Assembly (NCBI GenBank): GCA_963829055.1
Contig: CAWHHI010000020.1
Span: 768,001-832,000 of the forward strand
DNA from: an uncultured Gemmatimonadaceae bacterium
Lineage (GTDB): Bacteria > Gemmatimonadota > Gemmatimonadetes > Gemmatimonadales > Gemmatimonadaceae
Direction: 5' to 3'
Length of the DNA: 64,000 bases
Every line of letters begins with the position of its first letter. Within the stretch, counting starts at the first letter, position 1. The position numbers and the translations under genes are program-made. Positions 1 to 10,350 of the stretch are shown piece after piece. The notes below the pieces were generated by a model. It searched no databases, had not been told where the DNA came from, and saw only the letters and a program-made list of their open reading frames with translations.

Positions 1-612
1 AGCAAGCCGGTGCGGCTGCTCAGCGCGCCGAATCACGAGCTGGTGTCACCGGCCGTCGTTCGCGTGGACCAGGGGAACTGGCACATGTGGTCAGTGAATG
101 CGGGCGGGGCTGGATGCTCGAGCACCACCACGGCCGTCGATCATCGGACGTCCACCGATGGTCTGCACTGGTCCGCGCCGAAACCCGTGGGCCTCACCGG
201 TCCAGACGAAGAGTTCACGCCCTGGCATCTCGACGTGCTGTGGGTGCCCGAGCTCAGCGAGTTCTGGGCGTTGTACAACGAGAAGCCGGCTGGCTCGTGC
301 GCGACTCCCGCGCTTCGGCTGGCCACGAGCCCGGATGGCATCACGTGGACGACGCGACGAACGCCCGTGCTGCGCGCGGGGGTGAATCCCGAGTTCAAGG
401 ACATCGTGTACCGCTCGACGTTCGAGTACGACGCGCGGACCGACATGGTGACGCTGTGGTACTCGGGAGCGCGGAGGAGTGGCGATGACTGGACGTGGAG
501 CGCCGCCGTTGAACGCCGGTCGCGCCGCGCGCTGTTCGAACTGGTCGACACGCCGGAGCCGTTGCGTCGGAGCGCCGCAATGCGCGCCGCCGTGTTGCTG
601 AACGCGCCGTAG
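1..612 (+). CDS. C-terminal part of a five-bladed beta-propeller/glycoside hydrolase-like protein (runs off left edge)
   Basis: Repeated S-x-D-G-x-x-W (STDGLHW, SPDGITW), PWHLDV and YRSTF motifs; GC-rich codon usage. Confidence 0.55.
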   Translation, partial: SKPVRLLSAPNHELVSPAVVRVDQGNWHMWSVNAGGAGCSSTTTAVDHRTSTDGLHWSAPKPVGLTGPDEEFTPWHLDVLWVPELSEFWALYNEKPAGSCATPALRLATSPDGITWTTRRTPVLRAGVNPEFKDIVYRSTFEYDARTDMVTLWYSGARRSGDDWTWSAAVERRSRRALFELVDTPEPLRRSAAMRAAVLLNAP

Positions 613-837
613 CTCCGATTCCCTCGATCCAGTCCATTCACCGGCGCGACGTGCCGGGCTGCTGGAGATCGAAGTGGCGTCCGCACCACGGACGTGTCTC
701 GCGATTGCACGTCTCTGTCCTGATCCGGGCAAATTCATCGAGGTTCGCCGTCGCATGTTGCGCGCGGAGCGATGTCGTCGCACCGTTAGCGACCAAACCC
801 TGCAGTTGGCTCCCGGCGCCTACGGAGACCACCACTG

Positions 838-1236
838 ATGTCCACTGCGCAGGTGTTCGTTCGGATTGTCGCGATCGCGTTGCTCGTGAGCGCGGTCGAC
901 GCGATCTCGGGGCGTGTACTTCAGGCGTCGCCTGACCCGAGTCTCGTGCTCTCACTCGGTGCTACGGCGTGGGCCTCCTATCGCCTCGCTGAAGCGGGAC
1001 AGGCGCGATTGTCGTTCCTCGCCGGCGTGACAATGTGGACGGTCTACATGACGGGGTTCGTGGTGTGGGCGTGGCTCCTCGTCGGCTGGAACGGGTCCGT
1101 GCCCTGGCACCCGCGCAGCACCACATGGATGGTTGCTGTCGCAGCCGTGGCGCCGGTCGTGGCCATCGTGGCGCAACTGGCCGGAACGGCCCGCGCGAAA
1201 GTCGCCAAGTCACCCGACCGCGCCCAGCGCGTGTAA
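838..1236 (+). CDS. Hypothetical membrane protein (about 4 TM)
   Basis: GGAG RBS upstream, four hydrophobic stretches; convergent with the Yip1 gene. Confidence 0.6.
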   Translation: MSTAQVFVRIVAIALLVSAVDAISGRVLQASPDPSLVLSLGATAWASYRLAEAGQARLSFLAGVTMWTVYMTGFVVWAWLLVGWNGSVPWHPRSTTWMVAVAAVAPVVAIVAQLAGTARAKVAKSPDRAQRV

Positions 1237-1263
1237 CGCGCGGTCCGTCAGGAGCGCGCAACA

Positions 1264-1920
1264 TCACCGGAGCAGCGCGACGCAACACGCGGTGAGCGTC
1301 GCGGCCGCGAAGCACGTCAGAACGATCAGCGCAGACTCAGCGCCGCGCGCCTGAGACGCCGCGCGAACACCGAGCCACGTCAGCACGGCGGCATAGCCCG
1401 AGCGGACGTCGGCCTCGACCGCGAGCACGTGGAGCACCGAGGCCGGGCCACCCGTGACGAGAAAGCCGAGGTTCGTGAACGGCGGGTTGCGGAGATCCAC
1501 CGCTGCCGACTCGGGCAGGAGCGCTCCAGCGACGCCCGCAATCGCAACCGTGGCGAGCGTGTACGCGAACGTCACGTGCATCGTTATGCACCAGGCGCTC
1601 GTCCATGTGAGCCGAGCGGTCCAGAGCATCGACGTGACCCACAGCAACGTGGTGGCAACCGCGACGAGCGGCATGAGGGTGAACACCTGGAACAGCACGC
1701 CCGCCAACACCTTCGCGGCGTTCGTCTCCGGCTGATAGAACACGAACAAACTCCCGAACCGGAGCGCGACGAGCGCAGCGAACGCCACGGCCCACACAGG
1801 ATGCGCGTCGGTGCCCTGGAAGGCGGCAGCGGGATCGATCACCACGTTCGCGAGTCGGTCCCACGCGCCCACGCGCCGGGCGACGTCAGGCGACGGTGAC
1901 ACGGTAGATACGTGAGTCAT
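1264..1920 (-). CDS. Yip1-family membrane protein, last gene of the lanthipeptide cluster
   Basis: Start MTHVST; 'RLANVVIDPAAAF' resembles the Yip1 N-terminal motif; multiple TM segments. Confidence 0.6.
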   Translation of the reverse strand: MTHVSTVSPSPDVARRVGAWDRLANVVIDPAAAFQGTDAHPVWAVAFAALVALRFGSLFVFYQPETNAAKVLAGVLFQVFTLMPLVAVATTLLWVTSMLWTARLTWTSAWCITMHVTFAYTLATVAIAGVAGALLPESAAVDLRNPPFTNLGFLVTGGPASVLHVLAVEADVRSGYAAVLTWLGVRAASQARGAESALIVLTCFAAATLTACCVALLR

Positions 1921-2044
1921 TGCGTGCCGTTCTGGTGGAAGTGGCAACTCATCGTTAGGCGTGACCGAGTCGGACGCCTCTACGAGCCCTACACGAGCGA
2001 CTACACGACAGCCGGATTCCGTGATGCAGCCGCTCGCGCAGTCA

Positions 2045-2341
2045 CTAGCAGCAGCCGATGGACGATGCGGCACAGGTGCCGTGCCACAGCGTCGTGTCGC
2101 ACGCGCCGCAACTGACCTGGTTCGATAGCGTCACCAGAATCGCGCCGGCGCACGGCAAGCTCGTCGTGCAGATCCCGGTCTGCGTGAGGATCGCCACTGC
2201 TCCGCCGGCGGTCTCACCCAGATCCTCGTCGTCCAACTCGATCGTCCCGACTGGAGACGGCGCGAGTCCCTCTGCTTCGTCGCCAAGCAACGCGCGGTAC
2301 TCGATGTCCTTCCATGCTCGTGTCGTGCGAGAGTCGCCCAT
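2045..2341 (-). CDS. lanA: Class II lanthipeptide precursor A2 (mersacidin/lichenicidin-type leader), 98 aa
   Basis: Leader RAWKDIEYR...PSPVGTIELDDEDL..AGG; 51-aa core with 7 Cys and 13 Ser/Thr; GGAG RBS before ATG 2341. Confidence 0.9.
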   Translation of the reverse strand: MGDSRTTRAWKDIEYRALLGDEAEGLAPSPVGTIELDDEDLGETAGGAVAILTQTGICTTSLPCAGAILVTLSNQVSCGACDTTLWHGTCAASSIGCC

Positions 2342-2495
2342 GGTGTACTCCGAGAATGGTCGATGGTTCACAAATGCGCTTCGTGGGAATGCTCTGTCGT
2401 TTCGCTGCTCCACTGCCGGAACGCGAAGTACAACTGGCCAAGGTCACGCACCTCCGGCGTTAGGGTGGCAAACGGCGACTGACAGTCGTCACCGG

Positions 2496-4767
2496 TCAGA
2501 TGGAAGCCCGCCACCCCCGGTGCCCGTGCTGCTCCATCCAACGACCGCGAGCGAGAGCCGCGCCGGCGCCGGGCCGCCGATCGCTCGCGAGTGAGCCCTG
2601 CTCCGCCGCAAGCGCGGCGTACGCGCCGCCGAGTGCCGTCAACTGCTCGTGCGTACCGCGCTCGACGACGCGTCCGCGCTGGAGGAGAAGGATCTGATCC
2701 GCCGACCGAACGGCCGTCAGGCGGTGCGCGATGACGACGCGGGTGCAGCGCAACTGCTCGAGGTTCGCGATGAGGCGCTGTTCTGCCGCTACATCCAGGT
2801 GACTGCTCGCCTCGTCGAGCATGAGGATGTCCGGGCGCGACACGAGCGCACGCGCGATCGCGAGACGCTGCCGCTGCCCACCGGAGAGGTTGCCACCGCT
2901 CTCGGCGAGCCGAGTCTCGTAGCGCATCGGCATGCGCTCGACGTCGTCGTCGAATCCGGAGAGTCGCGCCGCCTCGATGACCTGCTCGAGCGGTGCGTCC
3001 GGCGCGTTGAGCGCAATGTTGGAGCGGACCGTGCCTCCGAAGAGGGCGACGTCCTGCAGGACGATACCGCACCGTCTCCGCACGACGTGCGGGTCGAGCT
3101 CCGATAGCGGGATGCCGTCGTAGCGCACTTCTCCGGCGGATGCCTCGTAGAGCCCGAGAAGCAGCATGAGCATCGTGCTCTTTCCAGAGCCGGTCGGTCC
3201 GACGATCGCCGAGCTTTTCGCCGGGCGCGACGGAGAAGGACACATCGTCGATGATCGCCGGGCCGTCGGGCGCAAAGCGGAACGTGAGCCCGCGGACATC
3301 GATCGATCCTTCGAGGTGCGGCGAGATGACGTGCACCGAAGGCGCGGCGACACGCGATTCCGGCTCGGCGTGCAGAACGTCGATGAGGCGCTCGATGTAG
3401 GCGTCGAGAAGTTGCAGCTGCTGCGAGCTCTGGACGAGCGCCATGAACGGGGTGAGGAACGACGCCGCGAGGGCGCTGAGCGCCAGCATCGTTCCAAGGG
3501 GAAGTTTGCCCGCGAGCACCAGCGACGCGCCGTACCACAGCAGCGCGAGCGGCGACGCCGATCGCAGCACACCTAACGCGATGTCCACTTTCGCGGTGAA
3601 ATACCCGCGCTCCATGAACACCGCGAGCTGGCGTCGAAACAGCTCGATCCACCGGTCGTACGCGCGGGCCTCTGCCCCCGCCGCCTTGAGATGCGCGATG
3701 CCCTTCATGAGCTCGACGAGACAGCTCTGCTCGTCCGACTTCGCCGCGAGCATCCGCTGTCCGAGGTCGCGGAGCCGAGGCAGCGACGCGAGCACGAGGG
3801 CGGCCTGCACCACGGACAGGCCGACGACGAGAAGAGCGAACGTCGGCGCGATGACGAGGAGCACCACCAGGTAGAGCAGCGCGAACGGCCCGTCGAGCAT
3901 CACCGACAGCAGCTGCGTGGTGAGGATGTCGCGGATCATCGTGTTGCTCGACAGCCGCATGAGCAGGTCGCCGCTGCTGCGCCCCTGGTAGAATCGGTAC
4001 GGCAGCCGCAGCAGGTGGTCGAAGAAGCCTTCCGTGAGCCGCGCGTCGAGGCGCGTCTGCAAGCGCAGCATCACGGCGCTCCTGACGAACGACGTTGCTG
4101 CTCGCGCCACAACCACGATCCCCATGCCTAACGCAATGACCGACAGCGAGAGCGACGAGCCCGGCGGTGCGACGTCGTCGACGATGAGCTTCGTGAACAG
4201 CGGCATGGCGAGGCCGAGCGCCTGGAGCAGCACCGACCCGGCAATGATCTGCGCCAGTGCGCCCTGCGCACTCAAGTCGTGGAACATTGCCGCGAGATAG
4301 TCGAGCCACAGCGGCACTCGGCGCCTGGGGCGTGAGACGAGACCCGGGCCGGCTCCGCACACGAGCGTCACGCCACTGTAGCCAGCCAGGAAGTCTTCGG
4401 CGGTCAGGATCTGCCGGCCGAGCGCGGGATCAATGATCGTCACGCGCTTGCTGCTCCACCGCTCCACGACGACGAAGTGCCGCGCTTTCCAGTGCGCGAT
4501 GGCCGGGAGGGCTACCGTCGCGAAGTCCGCCGGTGCGACGGCGACGGGTTGCGCGATGAGACCGAAGCGCTCCGCCACTGTAGAGAGGGCGCGGAGTCGG
4601 ACCCCATCGCGACCGCCGCCGCATAACGCGCGACACTCGGACGCGACGTCATGCACGCCGTGCGCGGCGAGCACCATCGCCAGACATGCTGCTCCGCAGT
4701 CGTCCGCGCCGAGCTGCTGGATGAAGGGCACGCGTCGCCGCGTGCGGGTCGCGATTCGCTGCGTCAT
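2496..4767 (-). CDS. lanT: Peptidase C39-containing ABC transporter, one frameshift near 3210
   Basis: QQLGADDCGAACLAM (C39 Cys), HWKARHFVV, TM domain, Walker A GPTGSGKST, LSGGQRQR, LDEASSHLD; ATGA overlap with lanM stop. Confidence 0.9.
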
Positions 4768-7700
4768 GGCTCGACTCGCGCCAGTGGGTTTCCGCGAGGT
4801 GCCTCCAACGAGAGCAACGACGGCACCTGTTGCGTGGCCCCGATGCGGAGAAGGCCGTAGCCGATGCCCGCGAGACCCATCATGAGTCCGGGCGTCTCGA
4901 CGCCGCCTGGGATGCCGCACCGCCAATCACCTCGAGCGATGCGTTCGACCAGGCGAGACGACTCGAACGCCAGCCGGCTTTCCCACGGGCCGCGGGTCCC
5001 TAGCTCGCGCGCGCGAAGGAACAGCTCGAGGTTGCCCAGATCGCCGTGACACAGTGAATCGTTGGAACCGAAGCCGGCGCTGACGGTGGAGGAGAGCGCG
5101 GTCTCGAGCTCTGTGCGGGACGCGCACGCGAGATCGGATGTGGCGTCATGTTGCAGCGTGATGAGTCGGGCCAGACCGACGCCGGGCGCGCCGTGACACC
5201 ACGACCACATCATGGCCGGCGGTCCTGGCGGCGCAGCGCGATCGAGGATCCGGTAGTCGGGCCAGTTCTGCCGATCGGAGTCGAACGTGTCGCGCTCGTA
5301 GCGCAACGCGGCGTGAGCAACCGCAGCGCACCGAGGATCGTCCAGAATGGCGCCGGCCGTAAACAGCGCGGCGGCAATGCCTGACGCGCCGTGCGAGAAG
5401 CCCGTGAGCGGTTGCGTGTGCGTCCAGCGATGACTTCCAGGCGAGACCACTCTCGATTGGGTGGGTGGAGTCGAGCAGGCGCTGAACCGACACGCGCATG
5501 ACATCGTGCACTGCCGCACCTGGCCGCGCGCGGTGCAGCGCCGCGAGCGCGAAGATGAGCCCAGCGACTCCGGTGATGATGTCCAGCTCACGATCGACGG
5601 CCGCCTCCTCACGCACGCGAGCCGCTACGGCGTCGGCGAAATCGAGGAGGGCATGATCTTGCCACAGCACGCCCACGTGGGAGAGCGTGTAGATCGCCCC
5701 GCCCAGTGAGCCGAACGCCCCGATCGCGCCTGGCGTCAACGCGCCGCTGCTCTGTTCCGGATCGAGAAGGAGACGGGCACGAGTCGTTACCTGCTCGAGG
5801 ACGTCGCGCGAGAGTTGCTCGTGCTCACGATTGCCGGTGATGTCAGCCAGGTACGCGAGGAAGAGCGCGACGCCGAGCGTGCCGCCATACAGATCCGATC
5901 CGATGGGCTGGATCACCCAGTCCCGCTCCTGCGCGAGCGTGAGCCCGAGCCAGCTCAAACGCGAGCTCTGTCGGAGCGCCAGCGCGCTAATGCGCCGTGC
6001 GATGCGCTCAGCCGCGCCGATGCACGCGTCACGGGATGGCGGCGCCGACGTTGCGTTAGGCACGGCGCGTGGGGCCGGTGCGGAGCCGGACACCGCCACG
6101 TGGCGACCGGGCGCCAAGCCCACGAGCGAGGCGCGGACGACCCATTGTTGCCGGACCAGGTCGTCTTCCGAAAGTGACGTGACGCGCGCAAGAGCTGCGT
6201 CGAGTCCCGACTGCTCGAAGAAGTCCGCGATGCACGCGCCGTGCGTCGTCAGCAGATCTCGGCTGTCAGGACGGCTCGTGAACAGCGGGACGTCACCGGC
6301 CACGAGGTCCGCGTGCTCGTAGGCGACGACGGACTCCAGCTCCGGTCGCGACGGCACGGCCACCCACAGCCGATCCAGCAGCCGATCGCGGTCGAGCGCG
6401 TCCCTGAGGACGTCCGGGTGGTAGCTCTCGAGCAGGATCAGCGCGTACTGGCGCGTGGGGCGCAGCACGACGCGAATGGGCGCCGCGGCAAAGCGGCGTA
6501 TGGGACCGCCGTCGGCCAGCAGCTCGTCGCGATGGCGCAGGAGCAGCCGGTACGTGGACGTGAAGCCAGCCAGGATGCGATCCACGTGATGCGTCGGATC
6601 GATGATCTCGTTGCCTAACGCTGGGCGGTTGTTGGACGCGGGGAGATCAACGAAGTCGCGCACGAGCCGCATCTCGTCAGTGCCCGCGCCCACCACCACG
6701 GGGAACCGGTTCGGCGTCCGCTGTACGCCACCACCGCCCACCGCGCTCATGTCGAGGCCAGACGACTCGCGATTGCCGAACGCTCGGAAGGGCAGCACGC
6801 CGGCGCGCAGCACCGAATGCTGCAGCGCGCTCCAGCCGATCCATTCCGGGTCATCGATCGGGGGCGCGTGTGACCGTTCGCGGATGACACAGCGCCTCGA
6901 GGTCGATCAACATCGGATGCTCGCCGGACGCGATGACGTTTTCGTAGTGGAAGTCCGTCGCCTCCAGCGCGTGCAGCAGCGCGAGGTACGACCCGAAGCG
7001 TTCGTAGAAGCGCGTCACCTCATCGGGCGTGGTGCACGGCTCCTGCGCCGCGAACTCGGCCCAGCCATGCGTCTCGGAGCTCACTGTGCGCACTGCGTGC
7101 AGCGGTGGCGATTGCCCGCGCTCGTTCGCCCAGGCCACGAGCTCCGAAAAACACAGGTCCACCGCCAGCGAGCGTGGCTTGTAGACGATGCGCTTCCCCG
7201 ACGAGAACGCGGCGATCAGGACGGACCGGCCGTGACGGTGTGTGTCACCGGCGCCCGCGGTGAGCTCGGTCAGTTGTCCGAGATGCTCGCCACCGGCAAG
7301 GTCCGCCGACAACCGCCCCGCGTCACGCGCGAGGTGTTGGAGAAACTCGGCCGCGAACTCCTCCCAGTAGCCGGACGCCGTCACGATCAGCCGCGCGAGC
7401 ACCGGGTACTCCTCGAGAATGCGCTGACGCAGATCGGTGGTGCGCAGCAGCCGCGCGAAGTCGGCGTAGCGTGCTTCGGGCGTGTCGCCGGCGAGCCTCC
7501 CTTGAACGCGCGCAACGTTCAGCTCGAGGATCCCGACTTTCACGGATTTGTTCACGAGCTGAGCCCAGAGCGCCGGCTCGAACAGGCGGGTCGCGTGTTC
7601 GGGATCGAACGGCGCGTCAGGGTGCGCTTCTCGAATCCGTCGCGCTCGCTCGAACAGCGCGGTCAGCCCGGCGATGACGAACGGTCCAACGAACGCGCGC

Positions 7701-8167
7701 GCGAGCTCGGCCCCGGCCGTATCCTCGACGCCAGAATCGCCAGTAGCCGACGCGGCGTTGCCGTGGGCTTGAGCGCGGCCAATCGCCGCGACCCAGCTCG
7801 GCGGCGCGTCGACGATCGCGCTCGGACCGTCGCTCGACTCCGCGAGCAGCGACGTGAACTCCGCTTCGGTGAGTGCGTCGAGACGTAGTCGCCGTTCGAG
7901 GATCTCGGGGCGATCGAACGGCCGTTGCTGGCGCCATCGATCGAGTCGGCTCGATTGCCGAGCGTCGGTTGCAGCCTCCGTGGAGAGTGCGGTCGATCCT
8001 CTGGCGTCGCAGATCTCGTCAGGTTCGTGTCGCTGCCTGGCGCGAGCGCGTTCGGTGAGCGTGAACGCCGGAGACCACCAACGCGTGGGAGTAGTGCGGA
8101 GCATGTCGGTTGGCTGTGTGGGTTGAATCGAGGCGCGTCGGTCCGACGCGCCTCGCTCGCTGCTCAT
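4764..8167 (-). CDS. lanM: Class II lanthipeptide synthetase, frameshifts near 6850 and 5420
   Basis: Dehydratase motifs VYKPRSL, TDFHYENVIA..PMLIDLE, RVVLRPTRQY; LanC-like GFSHGASG, WCHGAPG, SLCHGDLG spread over three ORFs. Confidence 0.93.
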
Positions 8168-8180
8168 CCGTCAACCGCGA

Positions 8181-8471
8181 TCAGCACAGAGATGCGCCGG
8201 TGAGAACGATCGTGATGCAGAAGCAGGTGCAGTACGGGAACCCGGCGGTGACGTCGCAGTACCCGGACTGGGTAATGCCCTTGCAACAGCCGAGCGTCTC
8301 GAGGTACTGCGTGCCGTCGACGTTGACGGGGGAGCCGCCCGCGGCGAGCCCGAGCTCGTCGTCGGTGACCTCGATGACGCCAACGGGATTGGGCGGAAGC
8401 GTGGCTGCGTCGCCGAGGGCGGCGCTGTAGTCCGCATCCTTCCACGCGCGGACGATCTGATCAGGTGTCAT
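8181..8471 (-). CDS. lanA: Class II lanthipeptide precursor A1, 96 aa
   Basis: Leader IVRAWKDADY...PPNPVGVIEVTDDEL..AAGG; 50-aa core with 7 Cys and 10 Ser/Thr; GAGGAG RBS. Confidence 0.92.
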   Translation of the reverse strand: MTPDQIVRAWKDADYSAALGDAATLPPNPVGVIEVTDDELGLAAGGSPVNVDGTQYLETLGCCKGITQSGYCDVTAGFPYCTCFCITIVLTGASLC

Positions 8472-8576
8472 CGGTCTCCTCTTTCCTCAGAGTGGGCGGA
8501 GTGAAGCCAAGCACGGTGGCTCGGCGGAAAGGCCGAAGACGCGGGGGCACGCCGCGGCTTCGTACCGGCGTGGCCG

Positions 8577-9071
8577 TCAGGAGCGCGGCAGTGCGTAACT
8601 CGCGAGCGAACGCGACCCAAGCGCGGCAGTAGCGGCGTAGTTGGAGCCGGCGGCGAGTGACAGACAGTGACCCTCGTGGCACCGCGATAGGTGAGCGACG
8701 ACTTTCGGACCGCCCGTGTCGACGCTCGTGATCACGAGCTTCAGCGGGTCACTTCCGCCCGTATCGATGGCGGCAACCTGGCCGGGTTTCACGTACGCCC
8801 GCGCCGAGGATGGCAGCATGAGCAACGGCGTTAGGCCGTCCGCCGCTGACGGTGATGCGACGACGACGCCGCGTTCGGTCCGCGGCACGCGGGTATGTCC
8901 GAGCGCCAACGCCGCGACGACGGTGGACAGCACGAGGGCCCACAGCAGCACGATGTAGGGCGAGCGCAGCAGGAGCGGCAGCGGCAGGTCGCCCTGCGTG
9001 ACTCGCTGTTGCTGGATGAGCAGTGCGCGGGTGTTTCGCTGCTCGTGCGAAGGGCGGAGCGTTGTTGTCAT
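8577..9071 (-). CDS. Short HlyD/membrane-fusion-like accessory protein
   Basis: Single N-terminal TM followed by 'VPRTERGVVV' and 'VKPGQVA', as in bacteriocin secretion accessory proteins; no long coiled coil. Confidence 0.5.
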   Translation of the reverse strand: MTTTLRPSHEQRNTRALLIQQQRVTQGDLPLPLLLRSPYIVLLWALVLSTVVAALALGHTRVPRTERGVVVASPSAADGLTPLLMLPSSARAYVKPGQVAAIDTGGSDPLKLVITSVDTGGPKVVAHLSRCHEGHCLSLAAGSNYAATAALGSRSLASYALPRS

Positions 9072-9082
9072 GCCCGACAGCA

Positions 9083-9100
9083 AGGCATCTCCCGGGCCTT
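9083..9100 (-). promoter_or_regulatory. Candidate sigma-54 -24/-12 promoter for the lanthipeptide operon
   Basis: Minus strand AAGGCCCGGGAGATGCC gives GG-N10-GC spacing, an imperfect match to TGGCACGNNNNTTGC; adjacent to a GAFTGA activator gene. Confidence 0.35.
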
Positions 9101-9203
9101 GCGACGCGAGCCGCTAACTCACTGCGGCCGCGTGATTTCCGAAATCGTGCGTTCGTTCGTTAGGCGTCACGTAACGCGTGGCCGGCTGCGGGGCGGCTGT
9201 CAC

Positions 9204-9234
9204 TTCACACCGGTATTCACACGGGCGTTCACAC
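9204..9234. promoter_or_regulatory. Three direct repeats TTCACAC at a 12-bp period, candidate activator binding site
   Basis: TTCACAC at 9204, 9216 and 9228. Confidence 0.45.
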
Positions 9235-10135
9235 CGGGAGTACCGCTCCGGCGGCGCGCACGTACTCGTGAATCGTCTTGCGTGACACGCCGAGTCGCGC
9301 GGCCGCTACCGTCTTGTTCCCGCCGGCGTCGGCGACGGCCTGCAGAACGAGCGGTGACGTCAGCGATCCGCGTCGCGTGCCGCTGGCTGTTCGCAATCGC
9401 ACGAGGTGGCCCGTGCAGTGTGAGAGCGAAATGACGTGTGCGCCGGCGGCGTCGATGAGCAGTCGCTCGACGGCGGCGACGAGCTCGCGGACGTTGCCCG
9501 GCCACGCGTCGTTTTCCAGTGCGCGGAGGAGCGCGTCATCGAACGTCGGCGGCCTGTCAGCGTAGCCGCAGCGCGGTGCGCGGACGCGCGATGACGTGGC
9601 GTACGAGACCCGCGATGTCCGACACACGTTCGCGGAGTGGCGGGATGCGGACGGCGAACGCGCTGATGCGATCTCTCAGGTCCGCGAGAAATCGATCCTG
9701 CTCGACGAGTGTGTCGAGGCCTTCGTTCGCCGCGAAGATGAAGCGGACGTCACCACGGACCGGGCGGTCGCTGCCGACGGGATAGAAGTCGCCGTCTTCT
9801 TCGACGATGCGGAGCAGCTTGCCTTGCACGAGCTTGGAGGCCTTGCCGATTTCGTCGAGGAACAGGGTGCCACCGGACGCGGAGACGATCGCGCCGGCGC
9901 GTGCCGAGTCGGCGCCGGTGAACGCGCCTTTCGCGTGGCCGAACAGGTCGGAGCTGACGAGCGCGTCGTCGGCCGCGGCGAGCGAGAGCGTGCGGAACGG
10001 ACGGTTCCGTCGCGGCGAGAGGTCGTGGACGTGTCGAGCGAGTACGGTCTTGCCGCACCCGCGCTCACCCTCGAGCAGGATGCACGTGTGATCGTGGGCC
10101 GCATAGCGGCGCAGCTGCGCGAGCGCGTCGCGCAT
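9229..10135 (-). CDS. Sigma-54-dependent enhancer-binding protein (AAA+ and Fis-type HTH, no sensor domain), frameshift near 9580
   Basis: GERGCGKT, FGHAKGAFTGA, GGTLFLDEIG, WPGNVREL, GGNKTVAAARLGVSRKTI. Confidence 0.88.
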
Positions 10136-10350
10136 GGGCGCGGCGTCGCTCTCGAAGACGTGAGGCGGACGTGCGGTGGCGATAGGCGAGCCCTGTATGA
10201 TCGACCGATCAATCTCGCCTGCGACGACGCGCCGCGTGTGTCACAACTCGGACAGAGTCGGCCGAAATCGAGACACTCGCAGACGAAAGACGGCAGGACG
10301 TCAGCAAATCGGAGCGCTCTTCGACGAGACGAAGAGACGGCTGTGACAGC

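Noticed and set aside
1921..2044. Cys-rich stretch SDCASGCITESGC as a third precursor or an extension of A2
   Set aside because: It has no leader or RBS, and A2 ends cleanly with CC followed by TAG TGA.
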